DNA from: Sphaerodactylus townsendi
Lineage: Eukaryota
Reading direction: 5' to 3'
Length of the DNA stretch: 64,000 nucleotides
Assembly (NCBI RefSeq): GCF_021028975.2
Contig: NC_059436.1
Coordinates: 25,730,001-25,794,000, forward strand
Every line of letters starts with the position of its first letter. Within the stretch, counting starts at the first letter, position 1. Under the pieces are notes generated by a model that saw only the letters and a program-made list of their open reading frames with translations, did not search any database and was not told the origin of the DNA. Below are positions 47,901 to 59,869 of the stretch, piece by piece. The position numbers and the translations under genes were made by a program.

Positions 47901-50900
47901 GGCAGCGCCAATGAAAAGGAACTGTTGGTGGGCTCGGCTGTGGATGACCCCAGAGGCCTCTACCAGTGCAACTCTGAGAAAGCCAACGGGTCTCTGCAGC
48001 TGTACTTTCGCAGTGCGTGAGTCTCTTTTTCTTCACAAAGAAGCAGGGTTGGCCCAGGCAGTCACAAGTGTGATGTCCAGAGGCTCCTCCCCCTCTGATG
48101 ATATGCTGCCTGTAGGTGTGGTGGGGGGGACTCAACAGGCAGTCTGCAGAGTGGCTGACGGGAGGGAGGGGGTGGCAGTAAAGGCGGAGTGCAGATGCCC
48201 TTCCCACGTGGCCCCGCACTGTTTGATTGGCCCTGGCAACGTGGCTTTTGTTTTCAGATTCTGCTGTGGACCAGCTTTTCCTTGGCAAGAAGAGGTGGCC
48301 CCGAGTTCTGTTGCAAACTCACCTGGCCACGGGCCAAGAAGGGCCCTTGGGACCAGCTTGGTTTCCGCACTTTGGCTTTCCAGCCCCCCAAAGGATCACC
48401 CCTGCTCCAGAGATGCCCTTTGGGCACAGAGGAGTGGGGCAGGAGGTTTGCCAGAGGGCTTCTCAGGAGAGCTTGGAAGTGGGGGGTGGGGGGTAGGTTT
48501 TAAACCCAAGCCTCGTGCTCCTTTGTTTGGCTGCAGCCTGCCACCATCTCTGGTTTGAAGGATGTCTCGTGAATAAATGAAACTCTTAAGAAGGAAGCAC
48601 CTGACTTTGGGCTGCGGTTTTGTCAACAGGATGCAATTCTGAGCTCTTGAATATATTGGCTGCAGCTGGGTCTTAACATCGTGTCAGAGAAACTGCTGCC
48701 TGTCCCTTTCCATATTATTTTGGAAAATGAAAGTCCAGTTTCCTGTATGTGTTGTTAGAATGAAACCAAATGTAAAAATCAATGACTTCTGTGAACATCT
48801 GGTAATCTGGGGACCTTTCTGTCAGCCTGGCTCCTGACTGGGGTTTGGAGCTCATAGAATCCAAGAGGAAAAGAGACCGTGAAACTGACCGGAGGTTTCC
48901 CTCCCACCCCAATGCAAAGCTAAAGGCCGGGCAGAGGGGCCCAGTGGGCAGAGAATCACTCTTCTCCATGCCTGAGACACCCATTCCCCTGTAGGGCCAC
49001 CTGGGTGTCCGTCCTGGGAGGGATTGCATTTCCTGGAGTGTTGCATCCTGGAGAGAGCACCCGAGACCCTACTTTCTGGCCTGGGGGTTGTGGGGCAAGA
49101 GGGGTCCAGCTGGCCAGGCTGGCTGGAATAGTGGCCCAAGGGAGGTGACGGAAGAGGAATGCTGTTCAGACAAGGTGCAAAGTAATGCAGCTGAAGTTGA
49201 GAAAGTTTTTGCAACAAATTGGAAATGGGGGAAAATGCACACCCATCCCCAGCAGTGGGGGATGGGCAGTCTGCACATGCTCAGAAGCATGCTCTGGGCT
49301 CAGTCATGTGAGTCAGGGCTGCTTGTTCCAGGTGTAGGCTGAGTGCTCTCTCTTGCCACAGTGTGCCAGTATTGTGTCCAGCTGAACTCTGCTGTGGTGA
49401 TAGGAATGGTGGCGGCCGAAGTCGTGGCCACAGCGTTGCTGGTGGCAGCAGTGTGGTGCCTTGCTGCTCAGGAGCCCGGCCGACGATCTCAAGGTGAGAG
49501 GAGGCAGGGAGGAGAGGCCTCTGCTGGGGACGGCCGTCACTCTCAGCGGGAGCCGGACCACCAGGGCGTGGTGCCCTGTCGCTTGGGGCCTGTCCTGGAG
49601 CAATTTGGCCGCAGGCCCTCTCAGCTTGTTTCTGTATGTTCCTGGGCAGCCCTTGGGCAAGGGGGGGGGGCCCTCTCTAAGAAGCCGGAGCAAATGTGGT
49701 TGCTTCCCTGGCTACAGATGGTGGGAGGTGTGGTCTGCTTAAATGCTGGCGGCGGGGTTTGGGTATGTTGTGCTGCTTAGATGCTCAGTGGTGTCCAGCA
49801 AGTGTGCTATGTGGAGTGGTCCAGGGTCTGGTGTGTGGGTGTGTGTGGACGGCAGTTGTTGAAGTCCTGATGAAGGAGAGGGCCAAGGGAGAGGGCCAAC
49901 AGCTTCCTTCCCAGGCATGCAGAGACCACCCACAACCAGCTGACTGATCTGCCTNNNNNNNNNNNNNNNNNNNNNNNNNNNNNNNNNNNNNNNNNNNNNN
50001 NNNNNNNNNNNNNNNNNNNNNNNNNNNNNNNNNNNNNNNNNNNNNNNNNNNNNNNNNNNNNNNNNNNNNNNNNNNNNNNNNNNNNNNNNNNNNNNNNNNN
50101 NNNNNNNNNNNNNNNNNNNNNNNNNNNNNNNNNNNNNNNNNNNNNNNNNNNNNNNNNNNNNNNNNNNNNNNNNNNNNNNNNNNNNNNNNNNNNNNTCTGA
50201 CAAGCAAAGCTGCTTCGCTACAGCCCTACCATCAGGCTCTACCTTGCGGTGAGCAAGGAGGGCTCTTGCTCTGGGCAGCTGCCGCCTGTGCTTTCTTGCC
50301 CACCAGGGCTCACGGAGGGCCCCCACCCCAGCGCTAGCCCTGGCATTTGCATGTGTCTGGGTGGGCTGCAGCTGCAGCTGCCGTTGCAATTCCATTCACA
50401 GCACTAAAAACATGCAAACCAAAAGCCGGTGGCATTCAAAGGCAACTGCAAACGAACTCTACCCGGACAGATGCTGATGCTGATGCAGCTGTAATTGTGA
50501 TTACTGCTTTGAGACTCTTTGGTAGAGGAAAGCGGGGTGTAGCAACCAACTCTTCTTCTTTTTCTGGATCTATTCATGCCTTATTAATCTGAAAAAGGAA
50601 AGGGTTAATAGTGCAAAATTTGGGGGAGGGGGGGCGTCTAATTAGCGACATCACCATAGATCAGCCAATCAGTGGCCTGTGGCTTATGCTTAAGAACTTG
50701 CATGATTTTTTTCTTCCTGGAGGGCAAACCTGGAGAGGAAGCGTGCAGGTGATCACAGAGAGGGCGCTTCCAAAGCAAGCCATTGTGGCATTCAGGATGT
50801 GGCACCTTGACTGCTCTCTGGAGGGTGGGATTGCAAAAGCCGAAAGCGGGGTCCAGCACTAAACGTGGGCCTCTCCCGCTCGTTCTCTCCTCTGCCCACT

Positions 50901-50970
50901 GCAGCCTCTTGGAGAACGCAACAACGGGCAGTACAGTCATATCGGAGTGGCCAAGGCCCGCCGCCGGTGA
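44868..50970 (+). CDS. CD3D: T-cell surface glycoprotein CD3 gamma/delta chain (single pre-duplication type gene); exons 44868-44934, 46793-46822, 47797-48012, 49362-49493, <50196-50248 (damaged), 50905-50970
   Basis: Leader MKSMVGRCHHLLGMVVLTLIVQG; Ig domain with DDPRGLYQC; stalk RMCQYC; TM with acidic residue (AAEVVAT); SDKQ; ITAM C-half PLGERNNGQYSHI; located between UBE4A and CD3E. The symbol follows position and orientation; the gene is equally related to CD3G. Confidence 0.9.
46380..46527. mobile_element. 148-bp hairpin hAT MITE
   Basis: Near-perfect palindrome CAGGGGTAGGGAACCTG...CAGGTTCCCTACCCCTG; perfect 8-bp TSD AACTAGTC. Confidence 0.92.
46793..46822 (+). CDS. CD3D: CD3 gamma/delta 30-nt mini-exon
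   Basis: Long pyrimidine tract + ag, GIVVTGNSDQ, |gtacag; phase 1-1. Confidence 0.75.
46850..47147 (-). mobile_element. Squam3-like SINE
   Basis: Reverse-strand tRNA-like head (gtggcgcagtggttaagagc) and (GAA)n tail. Confidence 0.8.
47797..48012 (+). CDS. CD3D: CD3 gamma/delta Ig-domain exon
   Basis: IYLFC...LNWTKDGK...DDPRGLYQC...LQLYFR. Confidence 0.93.
49362..49493 (+). CDS. CD3D: CD3 gamma/delta CxxC stalk + TM exon
   Basis: MCQYCVQLNSAVVIGMVAAEVVATALLVAAVWCLAAQE. Confidence 0.93.
49955..50195. other. Assembly gap (241 N)
   Basis: Run of N. Confidence 1.
50905..50970 (+). CDS. CD3D: CD3 gamma/delta last coding exon (ITAM C-half)
   Basis: PLGERNNGQYSHIGVAKARRR*. Confidence 0.92.
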   Translation, partial: PLGERNNGQYSHIGVAKARRR

Positions 50971-51562
50971 GAGGGGGAGCGGATCCCTGGCCTCCTGAGC
51001 GCCTGGCTTGGAGCAGCTGCAGTTTGCATCTGCTCGGACTGCTGACCATCATTCCAGTGGGAAGGGGAAGCCGGTGAAGAGGAGGAGGTTTCGAGCGGCG
51101 GCTATGAATGCCCGAAGTGTTTTTGGCTTGCTCCAGTCTCCATCACTCGAGAGATCCAGCCGGGCCTTCCAGCTTTGCAGAGCGGGCGGGCAAGCTGCCA
51201 ACTCAGTGTTGCCCAACCATGCCTGGATTTAAACTTTCATCTGTCTAAGCAAGAGGAAGGGGAGCCGTGCATTTGTGCTTCCGCTTTGCCTACAAGGAAG
51301 CAACGAGTCTTGGGAACCTCCCCCTGAGTTTGGGAAGGAGGCCAGGAAGTCTTGTGGGATATCTGTGGACAGGTGGCGTGGTTTGTGCAAGGGGGACGAG
51401 TTCATTTCAGGGGGAAAACAGACCCCTGGGATCAGGATTCCTGGATTAGACGTGGTGCGCTCCATCGCGGGATGTGTCCCGGAATCTCGGAACAGAAAGG
51501 AAGGAACTGGAGCCATCCCCATTCCCCCCCCCCCCATTTCTCTGTAGCCCACCTGGTTCCTC

Positions 51563-51568
51563 AATAAA
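51563..51568 (+). terminator. Candidate CD3 gamma/delta poly(A) signal
   Basis: AATAAA about 590 nt after the stop. Confidence 0.55.
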
Positions 51569-53349
51569 GGCTTTGCTGGCTTGATTCCAAAGGTGTCCTC
51601 TGAAGAAGAAGAGCTGGGTGAGTTTGGGCCCAGGTGCGAGGGCCTGCTCAGGCCGTGAGGAGGGCGGGCGGCGTCAGCAGATGAGCCCCTCCCACTCCGG
51701 GCGCAGATGCACTTGCTCCCACCACATCCTGTGAGCAACTGCAGGCTCTGGGGCTGAAGGTTCTTTGGTGACCACAACCCTCCTGTTCCTGCCCTTCGCC
51801 ACTGCCAGGGCTGCTTCCTGTGCTAGCCCGCCTCTGCAGAGGAGTTCTCCGCCAGGCAGCTGTGGGGCAGGAGAAACCTTTGGCTTGGGTTTGGCCCCGT
51901 TTCTCCATCTCTTCAAAATGCAGCCTCTCTGCACATGGGAGGGGGGGTGACCCCTCCCCTGCCATCCCAGCCTGCTGGGCACGCCCCTCTACCTCCTTAC
52001 CAGACAAGAGAAACCGCTGCACAGAGGGGTTTATCTTCTGCTTTCTCTGATGCCACGGAATCTACCGGGGAAAGGCCCAGACACCTCCTGTGAGGAAGAC
52101 CCCAGTCACTTGGGAATGCATGCCGGGGGCTGGGAGGCAGCTGAACCATCTGGCCATTCCTGCCTCTGGGCACATGAACCTGGGCAAGGATCTGAGTTGG
52201 GTCTGGGGGAAGACGGTGGTGTCCTGATCTAGCTCCCCTGGTGTCGCCCAGCTGCAGGGAGGGGGGCATGCCCTGGAGGGTAGCTGAGCTGCACGGGAGA
52301 TGGGGGGGCAGATTTCTGTGCCAACAGCTGGTGCCCTAGGGATCTTTGGCCACAGGGTTAACCCAACAATTTTATAGCTCTTACAGGGACCTTTTAATTC
52401 TCTGCACAAAGAAACAAAATCCCATTTGAAAAGAACCAAACACAGCCCAAAAGCTATTTCAGTCCTTCAATGGCAGCTACCTGAAAAGGAAGGAAAAGGA
52501 ACTACCCCCAAAGACAAAAAAGTTGATTAATTCAGCTTCATCTGGTTCCTGTACAAATTCTAATGCAATTCATCACAACACACAACTACATCAACCTCCC
52601 CAATTTCCAAGAGCGTTTGAATAATTGCAAGCCACATTGGCAATTCTCATCCAATCAGGGAAGGGAACTAAGGGCACAGTTCTTTAGACTCACTCAGAGG
52701 AGAAGGTAGGGGATGCATGGAAAATAAAGGCCAGAGGACCCTTTCCAGAGCCCTGCTCCCCCTTTAGCTCCCTTCCAAAGGTCTCTTCCCTTGCCTCTCA
52801 TGGGACTGCGGACAAAGGATTATCAAATTAATCTGAAATAAGTGTCTGGGCCAACAGTCTGGTCTCGGCCTGGCCTGGACATCGAAAGCGTTCTGGGCCA
52901 CTTTGCACACCTTTGCCAGCGGTGGGATCTTTGATTGTGGGACCTCCAGCTGGCTAGATTTAAATGATAAACCCTGGATCTCTTAAGCCAAAATAGATGG
53001 ACGACCCAAGGAGGTGGCCACTAGCCAGCGTTCAGGTCATTGGGCCACCCTGACCATTCTGGGAATCCCATGCTGCAAATGTCTGCTGACCTTAAGAGGG
53101 GTGGGGGGGCGCTATGGATCCAACCCCAGGCCTGATCCAGGCAAGAGATGCTCCAGCGGTCAGGAGGCAGGCAGAGACTGCAGGACGACGACAGGCATCG
53201 GCCTTTGCAACTACGAGAGAGGAAGTGCTGCATCCCTAGGTGTGTGCCCGTTTCTTTCACCCCGTGGAGCCAGGCCCACTTCCAAGTCTCCTATGCCCAC
53301 TAGTGCTACAGGTGAGACACAAGACGCCACGCCCCATGACAGTATTTCT

Positions 53350-53950
53350 GTAGTATATTTATTGCCTGCCTTTTCCACTGAGGCTCACAGCAAACCGCAG
53401 TGTGTCATACATTGCAATCAGACTGATCTCACAAGGAATGAAAAAGGACTAGGATTAGTAAAAGCAGAGACAGCGCAAAAAGGTATCAGACACGAGAGGT
53501 TGAGTGATGCAGAAAAAGAAATTACAGCAGTAGAAAACCACGCAGGATACACACAGTGGATGGGCATTATATCTCAGACACAGTGGCACAGACTGCAGTC
53601 CTTTTCCCTTTATAAAAGCGCCATCCTCAATCATTATGTTACACTATCGCCTTGTCACCGTTATAAAAATGCTCTCCAGAACAACTCTCTCTGACATTCT
53701 TTTTGGAAGGTCAGAAAGGGGGGGGGGGGCTTTCCTGACCTTCTGAGTCAGGCATGTGGGGGGGGGGGGCGGTACACCAGATGAACGTGCCCTGCAGAGT
53801 TTTGCCCAGACTGTCCACCAGATGGGAGGGGCCGAAACCACGAAGGGCTCCGTAGTACTTTGAGTGACACTCAGTATCTGTAGGTAGCCGCACCAGTAAT
53901 AGAATCTATATCTTGGCTCACTGCTCTTCATCAAAGAACTGGGCCCAGCC
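53350..53950 (-). mobile_element. Degenerate L2-like 3' fragment
   Basis: tttattgcctgccttt...gaggctcacagc start and decayed L2-type 3' sequence. Confidence 0.4.
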
Positions 53951-54187
53951 AGGCGGCTCATCTGGATCACGTGTTCTTAGAACTGGAACCAAGTCATTCA
54001 GCGGACAGCCAGAACTGCTGAGCCATGACCAAGATGCTTAGTTCACACGAGGTCTTTTTAAAACCCAGCTTATGAAAGCCGAAAGACAGACGGGAATCCA
54101 CGTTCATTGCAGGCTCTGCATCGCTCAGTGGGGGAACAGTTTTCTCCTCTGCCAGGCAGGCAGGCAGGCAGGCTGGCCTCCTCTCCC

Positions 54188-54244
54188 TCAGAAGGCCCGG
54201 GGCTCCAGTCCGGCGTAAACCTCGCGCTGGCCTTTCCGGATGGG
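54188..54244 (-). CDS. CD3E: CD3E last coding exon
   Basis: [18 protein letters not shown]. Confidence 0.94.
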   Translation of the reverse strand, partial: [18 protein letters not shown]

Positions 54245-57206
54245 CTGCAGAAATGAAGGGTTGCAGTGACTTCCTGCAGGGCCTTGGTGACCTCCATCTC
54301 CCTCCTTAGGTGGCTAGCAAGGCAGCCCATGGGGGGAGGGGTGTCCAGGAGGCAATGCTGTGGCCCTGCCGCCCCCCCTCGAAAGCTGACTGCAGACAAC
54401 TGCCTCTGTGACCCAGCCTCCCGCGTGGCCCACTCCAAGAGGAGAAAACCCCAGCTGTCCACAGCGAATGGGCTTGGCCCAAGGATGGCCCTGGCTCCCA
54501 CTCCAGTTTCTCCCCCCCCCCCCCCGCTGCCCTTACCTCATAGTCTGGATTTGGGACAGGTGGGGGCCGGTCCTCTCTCTGGCCTGCAACACAAGACGGG
54601 GCATTGTTCCCACCTGCAGGTTTCCTGAGGGGGGCATCCCAGGGCCAGGGCTGGGAGACAGGTGGCTGCTGCTTTGTGCACCAGCAAAACCTCACTGAGC
54701 CCTGCGGCTCAGGGCCAGACGGATGGGTGGAGGGACCCCCCACTCCCCAGTCACAGCAGCCCCGACTGCAGAGCTTGGCTCAGGCAGGGGCTCTCATCCT
54801 GCCTGGGGCTGTGGGCGCCCCACCTGTGCCGCTTCTGACTCACTGGGGAGGTCCCCAGGTCAGCGTGGGGACGAGCCTCATTTCCAGCACCTCCCGTGCA
54901 GCTCCCTGTTCCCAATCCAGCCCCAAGCGCGGATGCTGTTTTCAGGCTCAGTGCCCAGAGCATCCTTTGGGTCACCTGAATTGCACACTCCCACACTCTG
55001 GAGAGTGAGCCCTGCCACAGGCTGGCTGAGGCTTCGGATCCGGCCCCAGACGTGGGGGGGGTCTCCCGTCCCTGGAGAGGCTGGCGCTCACCTTGTGGCT
55101 GTGCTCGGGGGCCCGCTGCTGCAGAGACACCGCCAAAGCGGGCTGCCCGCTTCCGGCTGCAGTAGTAGGTCAAGATCAGGATTCCAACGGTGAACAGGAG
55201 GTCGGCTACGATGATGCCCGTCGCGAGCCAGAGGTCCATCTCCACACACCCAGGACACTCTGCTCAGGGGAAGGGGTCAGGGCAGCGACCTTGAGACACC
55301 CCCCCCCCCTCAATCTGCAGCAGCCCTGGGAGAGCCCTCTTCACCTGCCAGCCCCACAGACCTCAGCGATGGTCCTGGGCAAGCGGGTGGGGGAGTCCTG
55401 CCCTTCCCACCCAGGTCTGCTGCTGACACATTGTGGGCTTGAGCACTGACCTTTGATGTGCAGGTAAATGCTGCAGCTGGGCTCCTTTGTGCCACAGCTG
55501 TACAGGTCGTTATGCTGCATCCCCTGATAGTTCTCTATCGTCCAAGTGGGCGTCTGGCTGCCATTTTTCTCTTTCCTCCACCACTTGGCATCCTTTATGG
55601 GGCAAGTGAGGGTCACCCCGTTGCCAGAGATGCTCACCTTGATCTCTGCAGAGCAGCAAAGAAGAACAGCCCAAATACTTCAGCCCACCTGAGCAGGCTC
55701 CCCAGAAGCACCTGTCCAGCATGCTGCCATATCCACCTGGGGGGCGGGGCGGGGTGGGGCGGGGCAGGGCGGGGCGATTGAGTGGCTCCCTGCCATTCAG
55801 AGCACTGGGTGGGAGGAAGGAAAACTGGATGAGAGCACCCAGAGCAGGCAAGAATCAGAGGGTGGGCCTGCCTTCCCACAGGCTCCACCCAAGAGCAAGA
55901 GTCCAAGAAGCCGGCTTGCCTGGGCCCTGCCCCAGTATCTGCAAAGGGTTTGCCCAGTCCCTGCCTTGGTCTATTCTATAACACAACGGCTCCCTGCATT
56001 CCCTAGTAATTAAAAAGGTCAGCCATTTTTAGATCAAGAGCCATTACATTGATTACTTCTTCTACAAGTGGAAACCTGACCAAGTTACCCCCCCCCCGCC
56101 CCCCAGATTAGTTGGGAGAGTCCCAGAGGCAAAACCAACAATTGCTGAGAATTTCATCCCAGTTGGATAGAAAATGAAGGTGTTGCAACAGGAAATGTAT
56201 CTTGCCTTTGATAGTTAATATAAGAGACATTTCCACACAGGTTATTTGCCCAAGGTTTTATGCCCTTGGGAAGCGAGGTTTTTCCTCTTTCCCCACAGCA
56301 CTGTGGGACATTCAGAGGTCCCCGAAGCAGGGACCTCACCTCCCTTGAAATACCAAGGAAATGGAGGAAGGCTTTCTGTGCACACCAAGTTACTCTCCCG
56401 GACAATTACTCCACTCCCACGACCATGAATCACAAGGGCAAACAGCCTCCTACAGAACTGGACAGAAGTCCTTGAAAGTCCTCCACGGAAGGGGCAAAGG
56501 GATCTCACTTACTGTTGCTCTCCTGTCCCCGAACAAGGCTGGCTGTGAAGGGAACACAAAATCAGTCAGCAGATGGCAACTTGGAGCGGAAAGTGGGGCC
56601 ACGGCAAAGCAGGCCCCCGTCGGCCCCTTCAAAAGGCCCAGTGCTTGGACCCAACTGGAGCACAGCCGCTCCTGCAACAGCAGAGCCACCACCAGCCCTT
56701 CTCCAGTGCTCACAAGTGCTGAGAAAGCTCCCTGCAGGACCAGGCTGGCTCCAAGAGATAGAGCGCGGGCAGGGGAGGGACGGTGTTGGGCAGCACCAAG
56801 GCCTTCTCTCTGTCGGCAGTGCTGAATTCACACACAGAGTTTGCCGCAGAGGTGCAGCAGCGGTGGCCTCTGGTTTTGGTGTCTTTTGAAAGGGATTCTC
56901 ACACAGGGAAAAGCTCTATGGTTACAAAAGGGTACTTCTGTGTTCATGAACACCCTGCCTCCAAAGGCGAGAGTCTGGGGACCAAGGACAGGGTGGGGGT
57001 GGGGGGTCCACACTTCTGTTATGCCCTGTTTAGCAGATCCTCAGAAGCAAAAAACCTGCCCTTGTTGGGAACCAGAGAGCCAGGGCGATGCAGACTGAAG
57101 GCCTCTTGGGACACCCACCCAACCCTTCCCCTGCTCCCAGTTGGTGGTACTCACGCAAACAGAGCCAGAGAGCCAAGGAGCTGGTGGTGACCCCAAAGAA
57201 CACCAT
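54188..57206 (-). CDS. CD3E: T-cell surface glycoprotein CD3 epsilon, about 182 aa; exons 57206-57155, 56542-56513, 55645-55451, 55259-55092, 54583-54537, 54244-54188
   Basis: Leader [72 protein letters not shown] ITAM; 549 nt in frame. Confidence 0.95.
54537..54583 (-). CDS. CD3E: CD3E proline-rich/ITAM exon
   Basis: [15 protein letters not shown]. Confidence 0.94.
55092..55259 (-). CDS. CD3E: CD3E CxxC + TM exon
   Basis: [37 protein letters not shown]. Confidence 0.93.
55451..55645 (-). CDS. CD3E: CD3E Ig-domain exon
   Basis: [15 protein letters not shown]...LYSC...IYLHIK. Confidence 0.93.
56513..56542 (-). CDS. CD3E: CD3E 30-nt mini-exon
   Basis: ttcacag|PSLVRGQESN|gtaagt. Confidence 0.75.
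57155..57206 (-). CDS. CD3E: CD3E leader exon
   Basis: ATG...TTG C|gtgagt, hydrophobic. Confidence 0.8.
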
Positions 57207-58489
57207 GACGTTCACCGTGGCTTCTTGATGCTGGTTCAGAGCTCCCCCACCCAGCATGGGCCACCGTGCAGAAGAGGAAAGAAGGGCTTTCCGTGAACTA
57301 GTACTGCTGATCCTCACAAGTTGAAAGAGAGCAGTTGCTGTTTCCACTGACGACGCTGAAAGAGCTCAGAATGGGCCCTGCCAGGAAGCGGAGGTGTGCG
57401 ACATGGCTTCCGGCCAGCCCCGTCAGAGGCAGCGCAGGCCTGCCCTCTGCAGTTTCCAGGGCCTGGGGGTTTGGGCTGGGACCCCACCCTCGGCAAAACC
57501 AGCAGAGCTGCCAGGGACTTCTGCAACGGGCTCTGGTGTGGACTTCCTTACAGCTCTCCTTCTCAGGGTGAAGGACCCGATAGAAACAACATATTCAGAC
57601 AGCCTATTAATTAACAATTAAGCACCAACAATTCACAATTGGGTGGTGGCAGCCTCATCCCACCGGGGTCCCCAGGCAAGAGGCTCTCAGAGGTGTCTTG
57701 CTCCTGCCTGCCCCTGCGAAGCAACCCTGGAGTTCCTTGCTGGGCTCTTATCCAAACACTGAGCAGGGTCAACAGCCTAAAACATCCCATAAACACTGCA
57801 TGGGGACTCAGGCGCTGAAAGGCAGAAGACCAGCGCAAAAGGACAAAAGAGGTCAGTTGTGACACATCATAATGCAGAGAGTGGAACGACAGAGGCAGAA
57901 GTCACAGCGAGATTCAACTGATACAACCGATGATGGAATCAATCCCCAGAGCAGCCCGGGGGGGGGGGGGGGGGGGGCATCAGCACCCGACAAGGTGTCG
58001 CGCCGGCAAACTGGCACAGTGCTCTGGGGCGGCTGCTGAAGATACGCTGGCCTTTTGCAGGCCTTTTGCAAAGAAAGGAGGTAGGTGTTGTGTTTGACTG
58101 CGCCTCCTGCAGCAGCAGCAGCAGCCCCCTCGAGTTCTGGCTCCCCTTCTTGAGGCAGCCATTTTGGGGTGGGGCTCCCCATCCCACCTCCAAATTCCAG
58201 AGTTGCCTGCAGCAGGCCCAACAGGGTTGGGGTCCTCCCCTGCCTCCAACACTTGCATTGACAAGAAGGCTGCCTCTCCAGCTGCGCTCCTCCACGGCAG
58301 TTCCCCTCACCTGAGCAGGCCCTTCTGCAGCTTCCACCCTGTAAACAGGGGTGACCTACTCACCCACCCGCCTTCTTGGTGGGGGCCCCACCTCGTGGAA
58401 TGACCTGCCTGAGGAGATCCCACAATTCTGGCTTTCCGCAATTGAGATAAAATAGAATGGTACAGGAAGACATTTTTTATCAAGGCAGT

Positions 58490-58760
58490 AAAAGGTAAAG
58501 TTTCTCCTTCAGTCGTGTCTGACCCTGGGGTACTGCTGCAAGCAGTGATTTCATAGACAAGCCGTTTTTGTGGGGTAGTTTGCCATTGCTTTCCCTGACT
58601 ATTCTTTACCCTCTAGCTATGAGCTAGGTAGTCATTTACTGACCAAGAAATGGATGGATGGCTGAGTTGACCATGAGCCAGCTGCCAGGATATCTGACCC
58701 ACAGGGGGCTCGAACTCCTGACTGTGTGAATGGCAGTGCAAGCACTTAACCACTACACAG
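58490..58760 (-). mobile_element. Sauria SINE
   Basis: aaaggtaaag tail; tcatttactgacc...ggctgagttgacc; cttaaccactacac head. Confidence 0.75.
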
Positions 58761-59336
58761 TAGGGCTTTGTTATTACAAAATGACTCAGGAAGGCACCTT
58801 ATGAGGGAATAGGACTGTGAACTATTTGATAAATTTGATTCAATTAGGTATGCCCTGTGCTGTCCCAAGAAGTCCTTAGTCATTAGGCACGTAGCTAATA
58901 TATACGTTTTAGCAGTAGATAAGGTAGGAGAGCTGTCCCTTTAAACTACTGCATGATGGGACATGTAGTTTCAGGTATCCTTAGGTCACATGTATAGACT
59001 TCCTTCCGGGTGCAAAGCCCCAGCAGCACGCAAATGTGACCCCGTTTTCTGCAGTGTGGCTCAGATGATGAACAGCAGGATGACCCAGCAGCCACCCCTG
59101 TGGCGAAGGCAGCAGAAGCACATGGTCAGTTGGCCCGAGGCAAGCTTGATGACCATGCAGGTGGCACAGTGTGCCTTGCTGTAGAGTGCTCTGTCCTCTG
59201 GCTCCTCCCAGCAAATAAGGGAGTGGGGATATTGGGGGGGGGGCAGAATCACTCCCCAGTGCTTTGAAGTGCAAAAGCCAGCCAGGGTCCAATGAGCAGA
59301 TTACCTTGTGCCTGAAAGCCAAACCTAGAAGGAAGC

Positions 59337-59368
<32 letters not shown>

Positions 59369-59869
59369 GACCCCACATCCCAGCTGGGAGATAGGACAGG
59401 ATCAAACCGGACAGGCCAGGTCCTGACATTCATTGCCTTGGGCCGCCCCCATCCCCCCCCTCGGTGCTGCTGTGTCTGTCTTCTGCGTGGGGGGTTCATG
59501 CTGCCCACCACTCCACTGCGCTCTGAAGGAAAGCCCTTTGGGACTGGTGCAGTGCTGCTATTGCTCTGCCATCCCTGGCGGCCGCACAACTGAGTGTGTC
59601 CCCTCCCCTCCCCTCCCTTGGTGGATTGGGCTGCAAGCAGTAAACTTTAAAAATAACTATATTCAGCGCAGAAGAAATTGGAAGTCCTTTTTTCTTAGTT
59701 TTAGATGGTGGTTTTATGTATCTTTGGTGGTTTTATGTATCTTTGGAAAAGTCATACTAAAAGCACTATTGACCATAGTATCTTATAGAGCTGCCTCTTG
59801 ACAATGGGGCTGGAGGGTACCATATTATGGTGGTTCAAGTCCTGGGGGGGGGGGGTGCTGGGGGGATCC

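Noticed and set aside
44868-50970. CD3 gamma/delta as a pseudogene
   Set aside because: Five exons are intact; the only lesion abuts an assembly gap
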